From: Armatimonadota bacterium
Lineage (GTDB): Bacteria > Armatimonadota > SYMT01
Length of the DNA: 64,000 nucleotides
Assembly (NCBI GenBank): GCA_041690135.1
Contig: JAWLHY010000001.1
Coordinates: 704,001 to 768,000 of the forward strand
Direction: 5' to 3'
Part shown: piece after piece, positions 37,850-48,124 of the stretch
Layout of the letters: every line of letters begins with the position of its first letter
Numbering within the stretch: position 1 is the stretch's first letter
Position numbers and translations under genes: made by a program
Notes under the pieces: model-generated
The model's input: only the letters and a program-made list of their open reading frames with translations
Database searches by the model: none
What the model was told of the DNA's origin: nothing

Positions 37850-38518
37850 ATGTACTTCGATAATGCCCAGCCTCCCGATCCCTTTCGTGCGGTGCTGTTC
37901 GACGTGGACGGCACGCTGATCGATACGGCGGAGTTGATCGCGGACTCCCTGGAGTATGCGTGCCGGGTCCACCTCGGCCGCACGCATCCGCGGGAGACCT
38001 ACTACCAGTTGATCGGCAAGCCGGCCATCGTGCAGATGGAGATCCTGGGAGGGGATAAGGCGCCGGAGATGATGGATACTGCGGTCGCCTACTACGAGGA
38101 CCACCATGAGAAAGAGCACCCGTTTCCGGGTGCCCTCGACACGCTGGCGCAGTTGAAGGAGAACGGGATCCGGCTGGCTCTGGTCACCAGCAAGACGCGG
38201 ATGGAGTTGGAGCCCACGCTCGCGCGCGTCCCCCTCCAGCGGTGGGTGCACGTGATCATCACGGCAGACCTCACCACCCGCCCCAAGCCGTTCCCAGACC
38301 CCGTTTACCTGGCGCTGCAAACGCTCCAGATCGGGGCCCACGAAACCCTCTTCATCGGGGACAGCCCCTACGATCTCCAGTCCGGCAACGCGGCGGGCGT
38401 AAGCACCGGCGCCGCCACCTGGGGCCCCCACCCGCTCCCAGTCCTCCAGGCCGAAAACCCGACCTTCGTCTTCACCGGCTTCCGTGACATCCTCGTCGCC
38501 TGCAACCTCCGCACCTGA
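37850..38518 (+). CDS. HAD-IA hydrolase (PpaX-like)
   Basis: FDVDGTLIDT, VTSK, KPFPDP, IGDSPYD. Confidence 0.92.
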   Translation: MYFDNAQPPDPFRAVLFDVDGTLIDTAELIADSLEYACRVHLGRTHPRETYYQLIGKPAIVQMEILGGDKAPEMMDTAVAYYEDHHEKEHPFPGALDTLAQLKENGIRLALVTSKTRMELEPTLARVPLQRWVHVIITADLTTRPKPFPDPVYLALQTLQIGAHETLFIGDSPYDLQSGNAAGVSTGAATWGPHPLPVLQAENPTFVFTGFRDILVACNLRT

Positions 38519-38532
38519 CCCGAGGCTCGCTT

Positions 38533-38785
38533 CACTCGCCAAGCCGCAAGGACACCAGGCCGGAAGGAACAGGTCTCTCGCAAAGGCGCAAAGGACGCGA
38601 AGCAGGGACCAGTCTTAACACAGTTCCTACCTCGTGGATCGTTGCGCGATGCAGGAGACCGCACCGATTTTTGCGATTGTTCCGATTCGCCCTGGTGCGG
38701 CTTACTCTCTTGCACCCTTGCGTGTTAGCTCGCGCAGCGTCTCCTTCCGGTTCCTTCTTGGCGACTTTGCGGCTTTGCGAGAGAT
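38533..38785. repeat. Inverted pair of CGCAAAG.CGCAAAG-type motifs between convergent genes
   Basis: CTCTCGCAAAGGCGCAAAGGACGCGAAG versus CTTGGCGACTTTGCGGCTTTGCGAGAG; related motif at ~33532-33560. Confidence 0.6.
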
Positions 38786-38794
38786 GCGGTTCGG

Positions 38795-39685
38795 TTAGCC
38801 GCGGGCGAGCTCGCGCCAGAGGCCGTGGTAGCACTGGAAGAAGAGCAGGCCGTCTTCCGCTTTGACCGGCGTGCCTACTTCGCAGAGCGTGTACCGGTTG
38901 TAGCCGGTCTGGCGCAGGAGCGAGAAGAGCTCGCGGTACGGGTAGGGACCCCAGAGTGTGTTGATGTGGACGTTCATCAGGAACGGCTTGAGGAGCTCGA
39001 ACGACTCCTTCACCGAGCCGTTCTTCACGTCCGTGGGGTTGCTGTTCCAGCAGATGCCGACGGACTTGTGGCCGCAGTGATCCATGATCTTGCGCATGTT
39101 CGCGGGCTCCTGCGTGCCGCCGCCGTGGACCTCCACCCAGATCTCCACGCCCGCATCCTGGGCGTAGTCGCCGCACTGGCGCAGGGTCTTGCCGATCTGC
39201 TCCAGCGTCTTCTCCACGGGCACTTCCTTGGGGAGGCCGTTCGGGCGCACCTTGATGCCCAGAGCGCCGATGTCCTTCGCCAGGGACACCCACTGGCGGC
39301 AGTCCTCCACGTGCTTCCGCACGACCGACGGGTCCGGGCTGTGGAACTCGCACACGGTACCCAAGCTCGTCTGGCGAATGCCCGCATCGGCGCAGCGCTG
39401 CTTCACTTCCGCCCGCTGCGCGGAGTTGAGAGTCACTTCCACACCGTGCTTGTGCGTGGTGCGGAACTCCAGGGCGGAGAGGCCCGCTTTCGGGCAGATG
39501 TTCAGCAGGGTGGCCAGGTCCCAGTCTTTCGGCACGTTGTAGGTGATGGTCCCCAGCTTGAACGGCGGGTCGCCCGCCCCGGACTGCTGCGCCGCGGCCG
39601 GGGTGGAGAGCTCCAGCCCGCCCACCGCCAGGGCGGCTCCGGCGCCCGCCAGGAGTTCTCTGCGCGATACGGAATGGTTAGCCAT
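38795..39685 (-). CDS. Sugar phosphate isomerase/epimerase (TIM barrel) with Tat signal
   Basis: SRRELL, LEFRTTHKHGVE, VEVHG, CWNSN. Confidence 0.88.
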   Translation of the reverse strand: MANHSVSRRELLAGAGAALAVGGLELSTPAAAQQSGAGDPPFKLGTITYNVPKDWDLATLLNICPKAGLSALEFRTTHKHGVEVTLNSAQRAEVKQRCADAGIRQTSLGTVCEFHSPDPSVVRKHVEDCRQWVSLAKDIGALGIKVRPNGLPKEVPVEKTLEQIGKTLRQCGDYAQDAGVEIWVEVHGGGTQEPANMRKIMDHCGHKSVGICWNSNPTDVKNGSVKESFELLKPFLMNVHINTLWGPYPYRELFSLLRQTGYNRYTLCEVGTPVKAEDGLLFFQCYHGLWRELARG

Positions 39686-39717
39686 GGGTTGTTGACCTCG
39701 AGATCGAGCTCCGCGCC

Positions 39718-40173
39718 TCACCGGCGCCGCGAGCGCTGACGTTTGGATAACTCTTGCTGGACCGCGGGGTCGGTGGTCAGCACTTCCACCGGCCGTCCCA
39801 GCGGCACCAGGATGACGGTAACTTCTTCCACGACCTGTTCGATGAGCCAGCGGGGAAGGTCGTCTTCCAGCGCCCCCGGCCGCAGTTCGTGCGCGTAGAC
39901 CGCGTAGCCTTCGCCCACCGCGTTCTCATTGGTGCTGAACATCACGCCGCAGCGGTCCGGCCGCAGCGCGTCCGGCAGGTTCGGCGCGGAGAGCCAGGCA
40001 CACTGGAACCGGCGGCACACCGGCGGTCGCTCCGGATAGATGCGGCATCCGCGCTCGGCCAGGTGCCGGCACGGTTCGCCCGGCGGCTTCGAAAACGGCG
40101 CTTCTTCCGGAGAGGCCTCGAAACCGGGAGCGATGCAGCAGGCGCGGCACTCCCCGCACTCCCGCTGCACCAC
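39718..40173 (-). CDS. YkgJ-like Cys-cluster protein
   Basis: CGECRACC...CRHL...CRIYPERPPVCRRFQCAWL; start uncertain. Confidence 0.8.
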   Translation of the reverse strand: MVQRECGECRACCIAPGFEASPEEAPFSKPPGEPCRHLAERGCRIYPERPPVCRRFQCAWLSAPNLPDALRPDRCGVMFSTNENAVGEGYAVYAHELRPGALEDDLPRWLIEQVVEEVTVILVPLGRPVEVLTTDPAVQQELSKRQRSRRR

Positions 40174-40208
40174 CTTGAGCGGTTTACCTCGGGACTTACG
40201 ATGAGCGC

Positions 40209-41072
40209 TCAGGCTTCGAATACCTCCGCGAGCGCCGCTCGCATCACCTCCGTGGGCGCGTCGTGACCGGTCCACATCTTGAAAGCGATGGCCCCCTGGT
40301 TGACCAGCATCCCCAGGCCGTCGAGTGGCGTGGCCCCGGCTTCCGCGGCGCGCCGCAGGAAGGGCGTGCTCGGCGGGTTCGGGATCACATCGCAGGCCAG
40401 CATCCCTGCGCGCAGGGTGCCGTAGTCCACCGGGACCGTCTCCTCCACGTTCGGGAAGAGACCCATGCTCGTGGCGTTCACCACCAGCTGCACGTCGCCG
40501 GGCACGGCGTAGTCGCCGGTCCAGGGCACGAACGCCGTCGCCGCTCTGGTGCGCTCCCGGACCCGTGCCGCCAGCTCCGCGCCGCGGGTCTCCGTGCGGT
40601 TCACGATTGTCAGGTGGGAGGCGCCGGCCTCCGCCAGCTCGACCGCGATGGCGCGCGCGGCGCCCCCGGCCCCCAGCACCACCGCGCGGACGCCGGACAG
40701 GTCCAGTCCCGCCTCCCGCACGCTCTGGATGAACCCCTTGCCGTCGGTATTCTCACCCAGGAGCGTGCCGCCCGGCTGGCGGACCACGGTGTTCACGGCC
40801 CCGATCTTGCGGGCTGTGGGCGTGATCTCATCCAGGTGCTCCATCACCGCGATCTTGTGCGGGATGGTGCAGTTGGCGCCGGCGAAGTTCATCGCTCGCA
40901 TGCCGCGTACGGCATCTGGGAGTTTCGCGGGCGGCACTTCCAGGGTGACGTAGCGCCAATTCAGGCCCAGCGCCGCGAACGCCTTCTCCTGCATGTACTG
41001 GGTCGGGTTCTCGGCCACCGGCTGGCCGAACAGGGCGATGATTTCGGAAAGGAAGCTGGTTGGTGGAGACAT
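40209..41072 (-). CDS. aroE: Shikimate dehydrogenase
   Basis: NCTIPHK, GAVNT, NTDGKG, GAGGAARA, NATS, DGLGMLVNQG. Confidence 0.93.
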   Translation of the reverse strand: MSPPTSFLSEIIALFGQPVAENPTQYMQEKAFAALGLNWRYVTLEVPPAKLPDAVRGMRAMNFAGANCTIPHKIAVMEHLDEITPTARKIGAVNTVVRQPGGTLLGENTDGKGFIQSVREAGLDLSGVRAVVLGAGGAARAIAVELAEAGASHLTIVNRTETRGAELAARVRERTRAATAFVPWTGDYAVPGDVQLVVNATSMGLFPNVEETVPVDYGTLRAGMLACDVIPNPPSTPFLRRAAEAGATPLDGLGMLVNQGAIAFKMWTGHDAPTEVMRAALAEVFEA

Positions 41073-41172
41073 CAAAGGAACTAGTCCAAAGCGGGTCCAA
41101 TATCTTCTGTGCGTCAGTTCCAGGGATGGGCCTGGAATACCTGCCCGCGTGAGCCACTCCGAGAGAATTGCG

Positions 41173-42324
41173 ATGAAGCCCTTCTTCCAGCCCTTCCTGT
41201 CCCTTCGGCCCTCCAGGATCCGTCTCGCCGCACGCACCTCGTGGACCACCGCGACCCTGGCGCTGCCGGTGGTCGCGGCGTCCCTGCTCTCGGGCTGTGG
41301 CGGCTCCTCCTCCGCGCCTGCGGGGAACGTGGTGCCTCCGGCCACCAGCAGCACCACGGCTTCCGCCTCCGCCGAGAAGGTGGGCGTGGCGCTGGCCTCG
41401 ATGAACCACAACTTCTTCATCGGGATGCGGCAGGGCGTGGAAGAAGGCCTGGCGGCGGAGGGCTTGAGCGGCGAATTCCTGGTCGCGGACGACAGCGCTT
41501 CCAGCCAGCAACAGCAGGTCGATCAGCTCATCCAGAAGGGGGTCACCGCCATCATCATGGTCCCGGTGGATGCGGACCAGGCCGTGAACCCGGTGAAGGC
41601 GGCCAACTCCGCGAACATCCCGGTTTTCTCCATCGACCGGCGCGTTACCGGGCAGGGCGCCCGGGTGACCTGCACCGTAGAGACGGACAACGTGGCGATG
41701 GGTGAAATGGCCGCGCGTCACGGGCTGAAGCTGCTGTGCGAGCGCCACGGGCTGGACCCGGAGAAGCCGGAAGATCTGAAGAAGCTGAAGACGACGGTGG
41801 TCCACCTGTGGGGCCTAGAAGCCGCCAGCTCCGCCCGCGACCGCGCGACCGGGTTCGAGAACGTGTTCGGCAGCGACGCCACTCCGAACGTGAAGGTGCT
41901 CAAGGCGGTCGGCAACTTCAACGCCAAGACCAGCCAGGAAGTGATCGCGCCGCTCCTCACGGCCAACCCGGAGATCGAGCTGATCTATTGCCACAACGAC
42001 GATAACGCCATCGGGGCGCTGAACGCGGTCACCGACGTGAAGAAGGGCCGCGAGAAGGCGGACGATCCGAAGCGAGTCTTCATCGTGGGGATCGACGGCA
42101 ACCGGGCCGCCATCGAGGAGGTCCGCAAAGGCAACATCGAGGCGACCGTTTCCCAGGAGCCGATCGACATGGGCCGAGAGACCGTGAAGCAGGTGAAGCA
42201 GGTCCTGGACGGCAAGCAGCCGGAACAGCCCTACATCGCCATTCGCCACCACCTGGTGACGAAGAAAGAGGCGGACGAGAAGAAGGGCGAGCTCTGGGCG
42301 GACCTGTTGAAGGGTGGGAACTGA
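41173..42324 (+). CDS. Sugar ABC transporter substrate-binding lipoprotein (RbsB-like)
   Basis: Lipobox LSGC; NFF, ANIPVFSIDR, HNDDNAIGA, VGIDG. Confidence 0.9.
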   Translation: MKPFFQPFLSLRPSRIRLAARTSWTTATLALPVVAASLLSGCGGSSSAPAGNVVPPATSSTTASASAEKVGVALASMNHNFFIGMRQGVEEGLAAEGLSGEFLVADDSASSQQQQVDQLIQKGVTAIIMVPVDADQAVNPVKAANSANIPVFSIDRRVTGQGARVTCTVETDNVAMGEMAARHGLKLLCERHGLDPEKPEDLKKLKTTVVHLWGLEAASSARDRATGFENVFGSDATPNVKVLKAVGNFNAKTSQEVIAPLLTANPEIELIYCHNDDNAIGALNAVTDVKKGREKADDPKRVFIVGIDGNRAAIEEVRKGNIEATVSQEPIDMGRETVKQVKQVLDGKQPEQPYIAIRHHLVTKKEADEKKGELWADLLKGGN

Positions 42325-43330
42325 CCCCTTGTCTTCCCACGCCCCATCCGTAAAATTGCCCCGCATTCCCGTGACCTGGGCGACGCAGATCGGGATCTTC
42401 GTCATCATCGTTTTGCTGGCGTTCCTGTTCTCCCGGATCCAGCCGCGATTCTTCAGCCCCACCACGGTGGCGCTCATCTTCAAGTACTACAGCCCGGTGG
42501 CGGTGCTTGCCCTGGGGATGACCTTTGTCATTCTCACCGGCGGCATCGACCTTTCGGTCGGGTACTTGATGATGTTCTTGATGTTCGTGATGGCGTACCT
42601 GGCGCGGCGGATGGGCTGGGACCCCGGGCTGGCGATGCTGGCGGGGCTGGGGACGGCGGTCCTCACCGGGGCCGCCGTGGGCGCGGGGGTGGCGATGGCG
42701 CGCATCCCGCCGTTCATCCTCACCCTGGCAGTGATGGTATCCGCCTACGGGGCGACCCTGTTGCTCTCGAACAACCAGTCGATCACCGACCTTCCGGAGC
42801 CGATGCTCTGGCTGGGCGGCGCCGAGTTCAGCCTGGGCCAGCAGAGCTTTCCCGTGATGGCGCCGGTGGTCGTGGGCCTGTTCGCCTTTGCGGCGCTGGT
42901 GCTACGGCGAACCCCCTACGGGCGCTATATTTATGCGCTGGGGTCCAACCGGGAGGCGGCGCGGCTCAACGGGATCCCGATCCGCGCCATTGAGATCTCG
43001 GTCTATGCCCTCTCCGCCTTTTGTTGTTGGCTGGCGGCGCTGATGCAGCTCGGGATCAACCGGACCGCCGATCCCAAGGTGGCCCTCAGCGACAGCCTGG
43101 AGCTCAACGCCATCGCGATGGTCGTGATCGGCGGCACGAGCCTGGTGGGCGGGCGCGGCGGGGTGGGCGGCACCGCCCTCGGGGTGGTCCTGCTCTCGAT
43201 GTTATTCAACGGCCTGCCCATGCTGGGCGGCCAGTTCGGAGACACCAGTTGGCGAAAACTCGTTCAGGGAGGCGTTATCTTCCTGGGCGCCGCCATTGAT
43301 GCCGTCCAGCGGAAGTATTGGAGACACTAA
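42314..43330 (+). CDS. Sugar ABC transporter permease (RbsC-like)
   Basis: GGIDLSVG, GRYIYALGSNREAARLNGI, ELNAIAMVVIGGTSL.GG.G. Confidence 0.93.
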   Translation: MGTDPLSSHAPSVKLPRIPVTWATQIGIFVIIVLLAFLFSRIQPRFFSPTTVALIFKYYSPVAVLALGMTFVILTGGIDLSVGYLMMFLMFVMAYLARRMGWDPGLAMLAGLGTAVLTGAAVGAGVAMARIPPFILTLAVMVSAYGATLLLSNNQSITDLPEPMLWLGGAEFSLGQQSFPVMAPVVVGLFAFAALVLRRTPYGRYIYALGSNREAARLNGIPIRAIEISVYALSAFCCWLAALMQLGINRTADPKVALSDSLELNAIAMVVIGGTSLVGGRGGVGGTALGVVLLSMLFNGLPMLGGQFGDTSWRKLVQGGVIFLGAAIDAVQRKYWRH

Positions 43331-43440
43331 TTAACTGATTTCCGGCAGCGCATGCGTCCGTATGGTTGCACTGCCGGAAGCTCGTTCGCGCGCAAGCCTG
43401 CCCGTATGGGTAGCACTGCACTCCGCAGAAAGATCCAAGA

Positions 43441-44292
43441 ATGAAGATCGGATTTGTCGACCACCACCTGAACAATTTCCACGCCAACAAGTTCCTCAGT
43501 CTGCTCCACGAAAAGCTTGCGGATGAAGGTGCCCGGGTGGTCGCCGCCTGGGAGAGCGATCCGACCGGCGAAGACTGGTGCGAGAAGAACAAGGTGCCGC
43601 GCCTCGGAAGTGCCGCCGCCGTGGCGGAAGCCTGCGACGCCGTGATGGTGCTGGCGCCGGACAACATCGACGCCCACCTCGGCCTCTGCCGGCAGGTATT
43701 CCCCGCCGGGAAGCCGACGCTGGTGGACAAATTCCTGGCGCCAAGCCTGGACGAGGCGCGGCAGATCGTGGAGCTGGCCGAGAAGCACCGGGTCCGCATC
43801 TTCTCCGCCTCCTCTCTCCGGTTCGCCGGCGAACTGCAGAAGGCGCTGGCCGATGCGGGAGGCAAGCCGAGCGAGGCGTTCGCGCGCGGCATGGGCGTGT
43901 GGGACGGCTACGGCGTCCACACCCTCTCCCTGGTGGTCGGTGCGCTGGGAGCGGATGCAACCCGCCTCATCAACACCGGGACCGTCGACTCCACCTCGCT
44001 GACCATCGACTACGCCGACGGCCGTCGTGCGTGGGTCGACGTCCGCTCCGCCGCCAACATGTGGGAGGCGCTGCCGTGGGGCTTCGGGGTGAAGGCTAAC
44101 GATAAGTACACCGTCGATACCGTGAAAGACTACGACGGGTTCTACACCAACCTGATGAAGGAAGCGGTGAAGTTCTTCCGTACGGGTGAGAGCCCGGTCA
44201 GCGTGAAGGAGATGCTGAAGGTAGTGGCGATCCTGGAGGGGACCAACGCCTCCCGGGAGCAAGGCGGCGTGTGGCTACCGGTGGGAGGCTGA
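43441..44292 (+). CDS. Gfo/Idh/MocA family oxidoreductase
   Basis: GKPTLVDK, SASSLRF, YGVH. Confidence 0.85.
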   Translation: MKIGFVDHHLNNFHANKFLSLLHEKLADEGARVVAAWESDPTGEDWCEKNKVPRLGSAAAVAEACDAVMVLAPDNIDAHLGLCRQVFPAGKPTLVDKFLAPSLDEARQIVELAEKHRVRIFSASSLRFAGELQKALADAGGKPSEAFARGMGVWDGYGVHTLSLVVGALGADATRLINTGTVDSTSLTIDYADGRRAWVDVRSAANMWEALPWGFGVKANDKYTVDTVKDYDGFYTNLMKEAVKFFRTGESPVSVKEMLKVVAILEGTNASREQGGVWLPVGG

Positions 44293-44310
44293 GAGGTTAG
44301 ACTACCTGCG

Positions 44311-45140
44311 GCTCCGCTGTGGATCAACCCGAGAAGCCTTCTGTACCCTTGCGGAGTCCCGCCCTCAGTCGGTTCGTTCGCGGTCCTGGAACGGGATCCC
44401 GTTACCGTTATTCGCAGACCGCCGTGATCCAAGCGGTAGCTGTGAACCCGGTACGGGACCCCGTTTTCTTCCTCGCGAATCACCGCCTGAGGGCGGGACT
44501 CCGCGCGCGTGCCCGATGTTCTGCGTGTACCAAAGAAGCTGCTTCGATCATGAGCTCGGTTGGGCTCAGCCTGCCGAACCCGCCCTCCGCTGTGGGTCAA
44601 CCCAAGAAGCCTTCTGAGCCCTTGCGGAGTCCCGTCTTCAGACGGCTCGTTCGCGATCCTAGAACAGGTTCCCGTTGCCGTTATTCGCAGCTCGCCGTGA
44701 TCGAAGCGGTGGCCGTGAACCAAGTGCGGGGTCCCGTTTTCTTCCTCGCAAATCACCGCCTGAGGGCGGGACTCCGCGCCCGTGCCAAATCAGCATCGAG
44801 CGCATAGAGGCCACCTCGCCTGTAGAGTCAACCTACCGAACCCGCGCTCCGCACCGGGTCATCCGGAGAAACGTTCTGTACCCTTACGGAGTCCCGCCCT
44901 CAGGCGGCTTGTTCGCGATCCTGGCACGGGATCCCGTTATCGTTGATCGCAAACCGCCGTGATCGAAGCAGGTGGCTGTGAATCAGGTACGAGATCCCGT
45001 CTTCAATTTCGCAAATTACCGCCACACCCACTTCGCGGGTACCCGGCGGGACTCCGAGCCCGTACCCGCTCTACTGCATGTTCCAGAGAGGCTGCTTCGA
45101 TCGTGAGTTTGGCTTGGGACAGCCTATCGAACCCGTCCCG
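44311..45140. repeat. Three ~260-290-bp REP-doublet (BIME/REPIN-like) units
   Basis: Each unit has CGGAGTCCCGCCCTCAGGCGG...CCGCCTGAGGGCGGGACTCCG variants and conserved linkers. Confidence 0.9.
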
Positions 45141-45148
45141 GTGCAGGG

Positions 45149-45709
45149 TCAGAAGTCGTCGTAAGGCAACTTCCGGGGCGCGGGGAAGCGGTCCCGTAAC
45201 CGATGGACTTCTTCGTCTTCCCACACGGCGTCGAAGCGGTGGATGCTGCTCCAGGGCCAATCGCGGGGGTCCTCGACGTAACCGTGTTTCACGGGGTTCC
45301 CGTGGATGTAATTGATACGGCTCCACAAGTCCCCATCGGTCCATAGCGCCTTGTCCCAGAATTGGTACCAGCCCTGCCGTCCGGGACATCGGTCCTGTTC
45401 ATTCCACGCGCGGCTGGTCGTACCGTGGATGACCCCCAGCCAACGGGAGACGCTTCCCGGATGCTCGGGATGGATGATCAGGTGGTAATGGTCATCCAGC
45501 ACGACCCAGGCATGAAGGTCCACCTCGAACTGCCGGCTGGCTTCCGCGAGGACCTCCAGAAACTCGTCCTTTCGGGCGGGGGCCTGGAGGTGCCGGACAC
45601 GGCGATGGGTGCTCGCGGTGATGAAAAGGGCCTTACCGCGCTCGAAGTGGTGCGGCGGCCGATGCCGGTACCATTTCCGCTCGGAGTGAGGTAGCGTGGG
45701 ATCGTGCAT
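45149..45709 (-). mobile_element. REP-associated tyrosine transposase (RAYT, Y1 HUH)
   Basis: FITAST, AWVVLDDHYHLI (HUH), W...FWD, NYIHGNPVKHG, WPWSS. Confidence 0.9.
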
Positions 45710-45725
45710 TTCGCCTCCGGTTCCG

Positions 45726-46115
45726 CTCTCCGCACCGGGTCATCCGGAGAAGCGTTTTGTACCCTTGCGGAGTCCCGCCCCCAGGCGCCTTGTTCGCGAT
45801 CCTGGAATGGGCCCGATCTGCATCGAACCCATAGAAACCACCTCGCCCATAGGATCAGCCGAGGAACCCGCTCCCAACTGCGGGTCATCCAGAGAAACGC
45901 CCTGAACCCTTACGGAGTCCCGCCCTCAGGCGGCTTATTCGCGATCCTGGAACGGAAATCCCGTTGCCGTTAGTCGCAGCTCGCCGTGATCCAAGCGGTG
46001 ACCGTCAACCAGGTCCGGGATCCCGTTTTCTTCCTCGCGAATCACCGCCAGAGGGCGGGACTCCGAGCCCGTGCCCGATCTACTGCGTACTCCAGTGGAT
46101 GTGCCTCGATCGTGG
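45726..46115. repeat. Two further REP units, one partial
   Basis: Same unit sequence as 44311-45140. Confidence 0.88.
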
Positions 46116-46172
46116 GCCCGTCTAGGACCCGGCGCCCCGCTACGGCTAATCGGTTCTCCCCCACCTGAACTC

Positions 46173-47246
46173 TTACTCCACGTGTTCCATGCCGCCGCGG
46201 CGGAGGAGGAGGGTCTGGCCGTCTCCCTCCAGGAACTGGCTCTCGGAGTGGAGGGCCGGGGGCGTGGGGGACACCGGGGGCTGAACCTGCGCGGTGTGCG
46301 GCACGGGCGGCGGATTGAGGTGCTGCTGGCTCTGCGCAGTCTGCGTACGGTGCGGCTGCGGCGCATGCTGGGCATCACGAGTCGCGTCCCGGTGGCTGTC
46401 GCTGACGGCGTTGCCCATCACGATGGTGTCGCGGATCTGGCCCATCAGGTCCGCCAGGCCGCCTGGGGTGTGCGGGACCATCACCGTGTTGGTGTGGGCG
46501 GAGGCCCCCACTTCCTTCAGCATGTCGAAGTACTGGGTGATGAGGATCAACTGCATCACGTCGTTGGTCGTGGCGCCGGGGACCCCGTGCTGGAATTCTT
46601 CCACGCTCTCGCGGAGGCCCTCGATGATCGCCTTCCGCTGGCCGGCGATGCCCTCGCCGTGCAGGATGGTCGATTCCGCCTCGCCCTGCGCCTGCTTCAC
46701 CTTCAGGATCCGCTCCGCCTCACCCCGCTCTTCCGCCGCCTTTCGCAGCCGGGTGGCGGCGTTGATCTCGTTCATCGCCTGCTTCACCTTCGGGTCCGGG
46801 TCGATGTCGTTGACCAGCGCGCGGACGATTCCGTAGCCATACTGGGTCATCGTCTCCGTCAGGTTGTTCTTAACAGCGGTCGCGATCTCGTCTTTGTTCT
46901 GGAAGACTTCATCCAGCGGCATCCGCGGCACCGTGGAGCGGACCTCGTCGAAGATGTACGACTCGATCTGCTGGATCGGGTTGGCCAACTCGTAGAACGC
47001 TTCCTTGACCCGGTCTTCGATGACGTAATACTGCACCGCGATCAGCAGGCGGACGAAAACGTCGTCCTGCGTCTTGGTCTCGACGTTGACCTGGAGCTCC
47101 TGGACCTTCAGCGAGATCTTGCCGGCGAGGCTCTGCCAGGGCATCACGACGTGCAGCCCGGCGTGGATCACCTTCTCGAAGCGTCCGAGCGACTCGATAA
47201 TCGCGGCCTGCTTCTGATGAACAATGGTCAGGTGTGGAATCAACAT
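46173..47246 (-). CDS. SPFH/band 7 domain protein
   Basis: ETKTQDDVFV, DIDPDPKVKQAMNEINAA, TQYFDML. Confidence 0.93.
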   Translation of the reverse strand: MLIPHLTIVHQKQAAIIESLGRFEKVIHAGLHVVMPWQSLAGKISLKVQELQVNVETKTQDDVFVRLLIAVQYYVIEDRVKEAFYELANPIQQIESYIFDEVRSTVPRMPLDEVFQNKDEIATAVKNNLTETMTQYGYGIVRALVNDIDPDPKVKQAMNEINAATRLRKAAEERGEAERILKVKQAQGEAESTILHGEGIAGQRKAIIEGLRESVEEFQHGVPGATTNDVMQLILITQYFDMLKEVGASAHTNTVMVPHTPGGLADLMGQIRDTIVMGNAVSDSHRDATRDAQHAPQPHRTQTAQSQQHLNPPPVPHTAQVQPPVSPTPPALHSESQFLEGDGQTLLLRRGGMEHVE

Positions 47247-47497
47247 GGCGCTCTACCTCCTCTAAACTGTTGCCCCGCGGGACCCGCTCTCCCTTTTCCT
47301 TCAATCTGTTAACGGCAGTTGGGTGGGGACCGGTGCGTTCGTTGCGCACTTTCCAAACGGGAACCGAATCTCGGGGTAGAAGGCAATGCTTCCGTGGGGG
47401 AAACGCGCGGCTCTCCGCTCGAGAGCCCGGACTTCCTCTTCATACCAGATCATCCGGGCTCCCCATTTCCCTCGCCAAAAGGCCCTGCGAGGTCACC

Positions 47498-48124
47498 TCA
47501 GAACCCGATCCGGATCCCGAGGAGGATGCCCATGAGAGCGCTCATCGGCGGACCGATGATCATGCTCAAGATGGGCCGTCCGAAGAAAACGAGCCCCAAC
47601 AGCATGATCCCGCCCCACCGCTCCATGAACTTGCTGAACTCGTAGGCGGGCGCATCGGGAAGAAAGGCCACCAGGATCTTGGCGCCGTCGAGCGGTCCGA
47701 TCGGGATGAGGTTGAACAACATCAGCCCCAGGTTGACGATCACGCAGATCAGCAGGAGACTGGCGAGGGCCCCATCTACCAGGCCGAACCGGATCGGCAG
47801 CGCGAACCCGATCGCCAGGAGGAAGTTGGAGAACGGCCCCCAGGCAGCGATCTTGCACATGTCCCACTTGGGGTTCCGCAGCAGGCTGGGGTTAACCAGC
47901 ACCGGGCGTCCCCAACCGAGACCGAAGCCGGTGATCGAGCTCATCACGCAGAAGAGCGCGCCCAGCGGGTCGAAGTGGTCCTGCGGCATGATCGAGAGAC
48001 GACCATCCCGGCGCGGCCCGTCGTCGCCGTTGTTCACCGCCGACAGGGCATGCGCGAATTCGTGTACCGGGATCGCGATGATGAGCGCGAACAGGTACAT
48101 CATGATCTGCTGGGGATCGTTCAA
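47498..48124 (-). CDS. Site-2 protease (M50)
   Basis: HEFAH, GPFSN, FNLIPIGPLDG. Confidence 0.93.
   Translation of the reverse strand: MNDPQQIMMYLFALIIAIPVHEFAHALSAVNNGDDGPRRDGRLSIMPQDHFDPLGALFCVMSSITGFGLGWGRPVLVNPSLLRNPKWDMCKIAAWGPFSNFLLAIGFALPIRFGLVDGALASLLLICVIVNLGLMLFNLIPIGPLDGAKILVAFLPDAPAYEFSKFMERWGGIMLLGLVFFGRPILSMIIGPPMSALMGILLGIRIGF

Noticed and set aside
44095-44105. GCTAACGATAA, a perfect dif-like arm
   Set aside because: It lies inside the oxidoreductase CDS (KANDK) with no partner arm. Probably chance, though it shows that isolated half-site matches need statistical testing.
44142-45389. ORFs within the REP array
   Set aside because: They are translations of the DNA repeat units, with no RBS or protein signature.
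44311-46115. CRISPR array
   Set aside because: Units are ~270 bp, the spacers are homologous to each other, repeats alternate in orientation, and no cas genes are present; REP/RAYT explains it.
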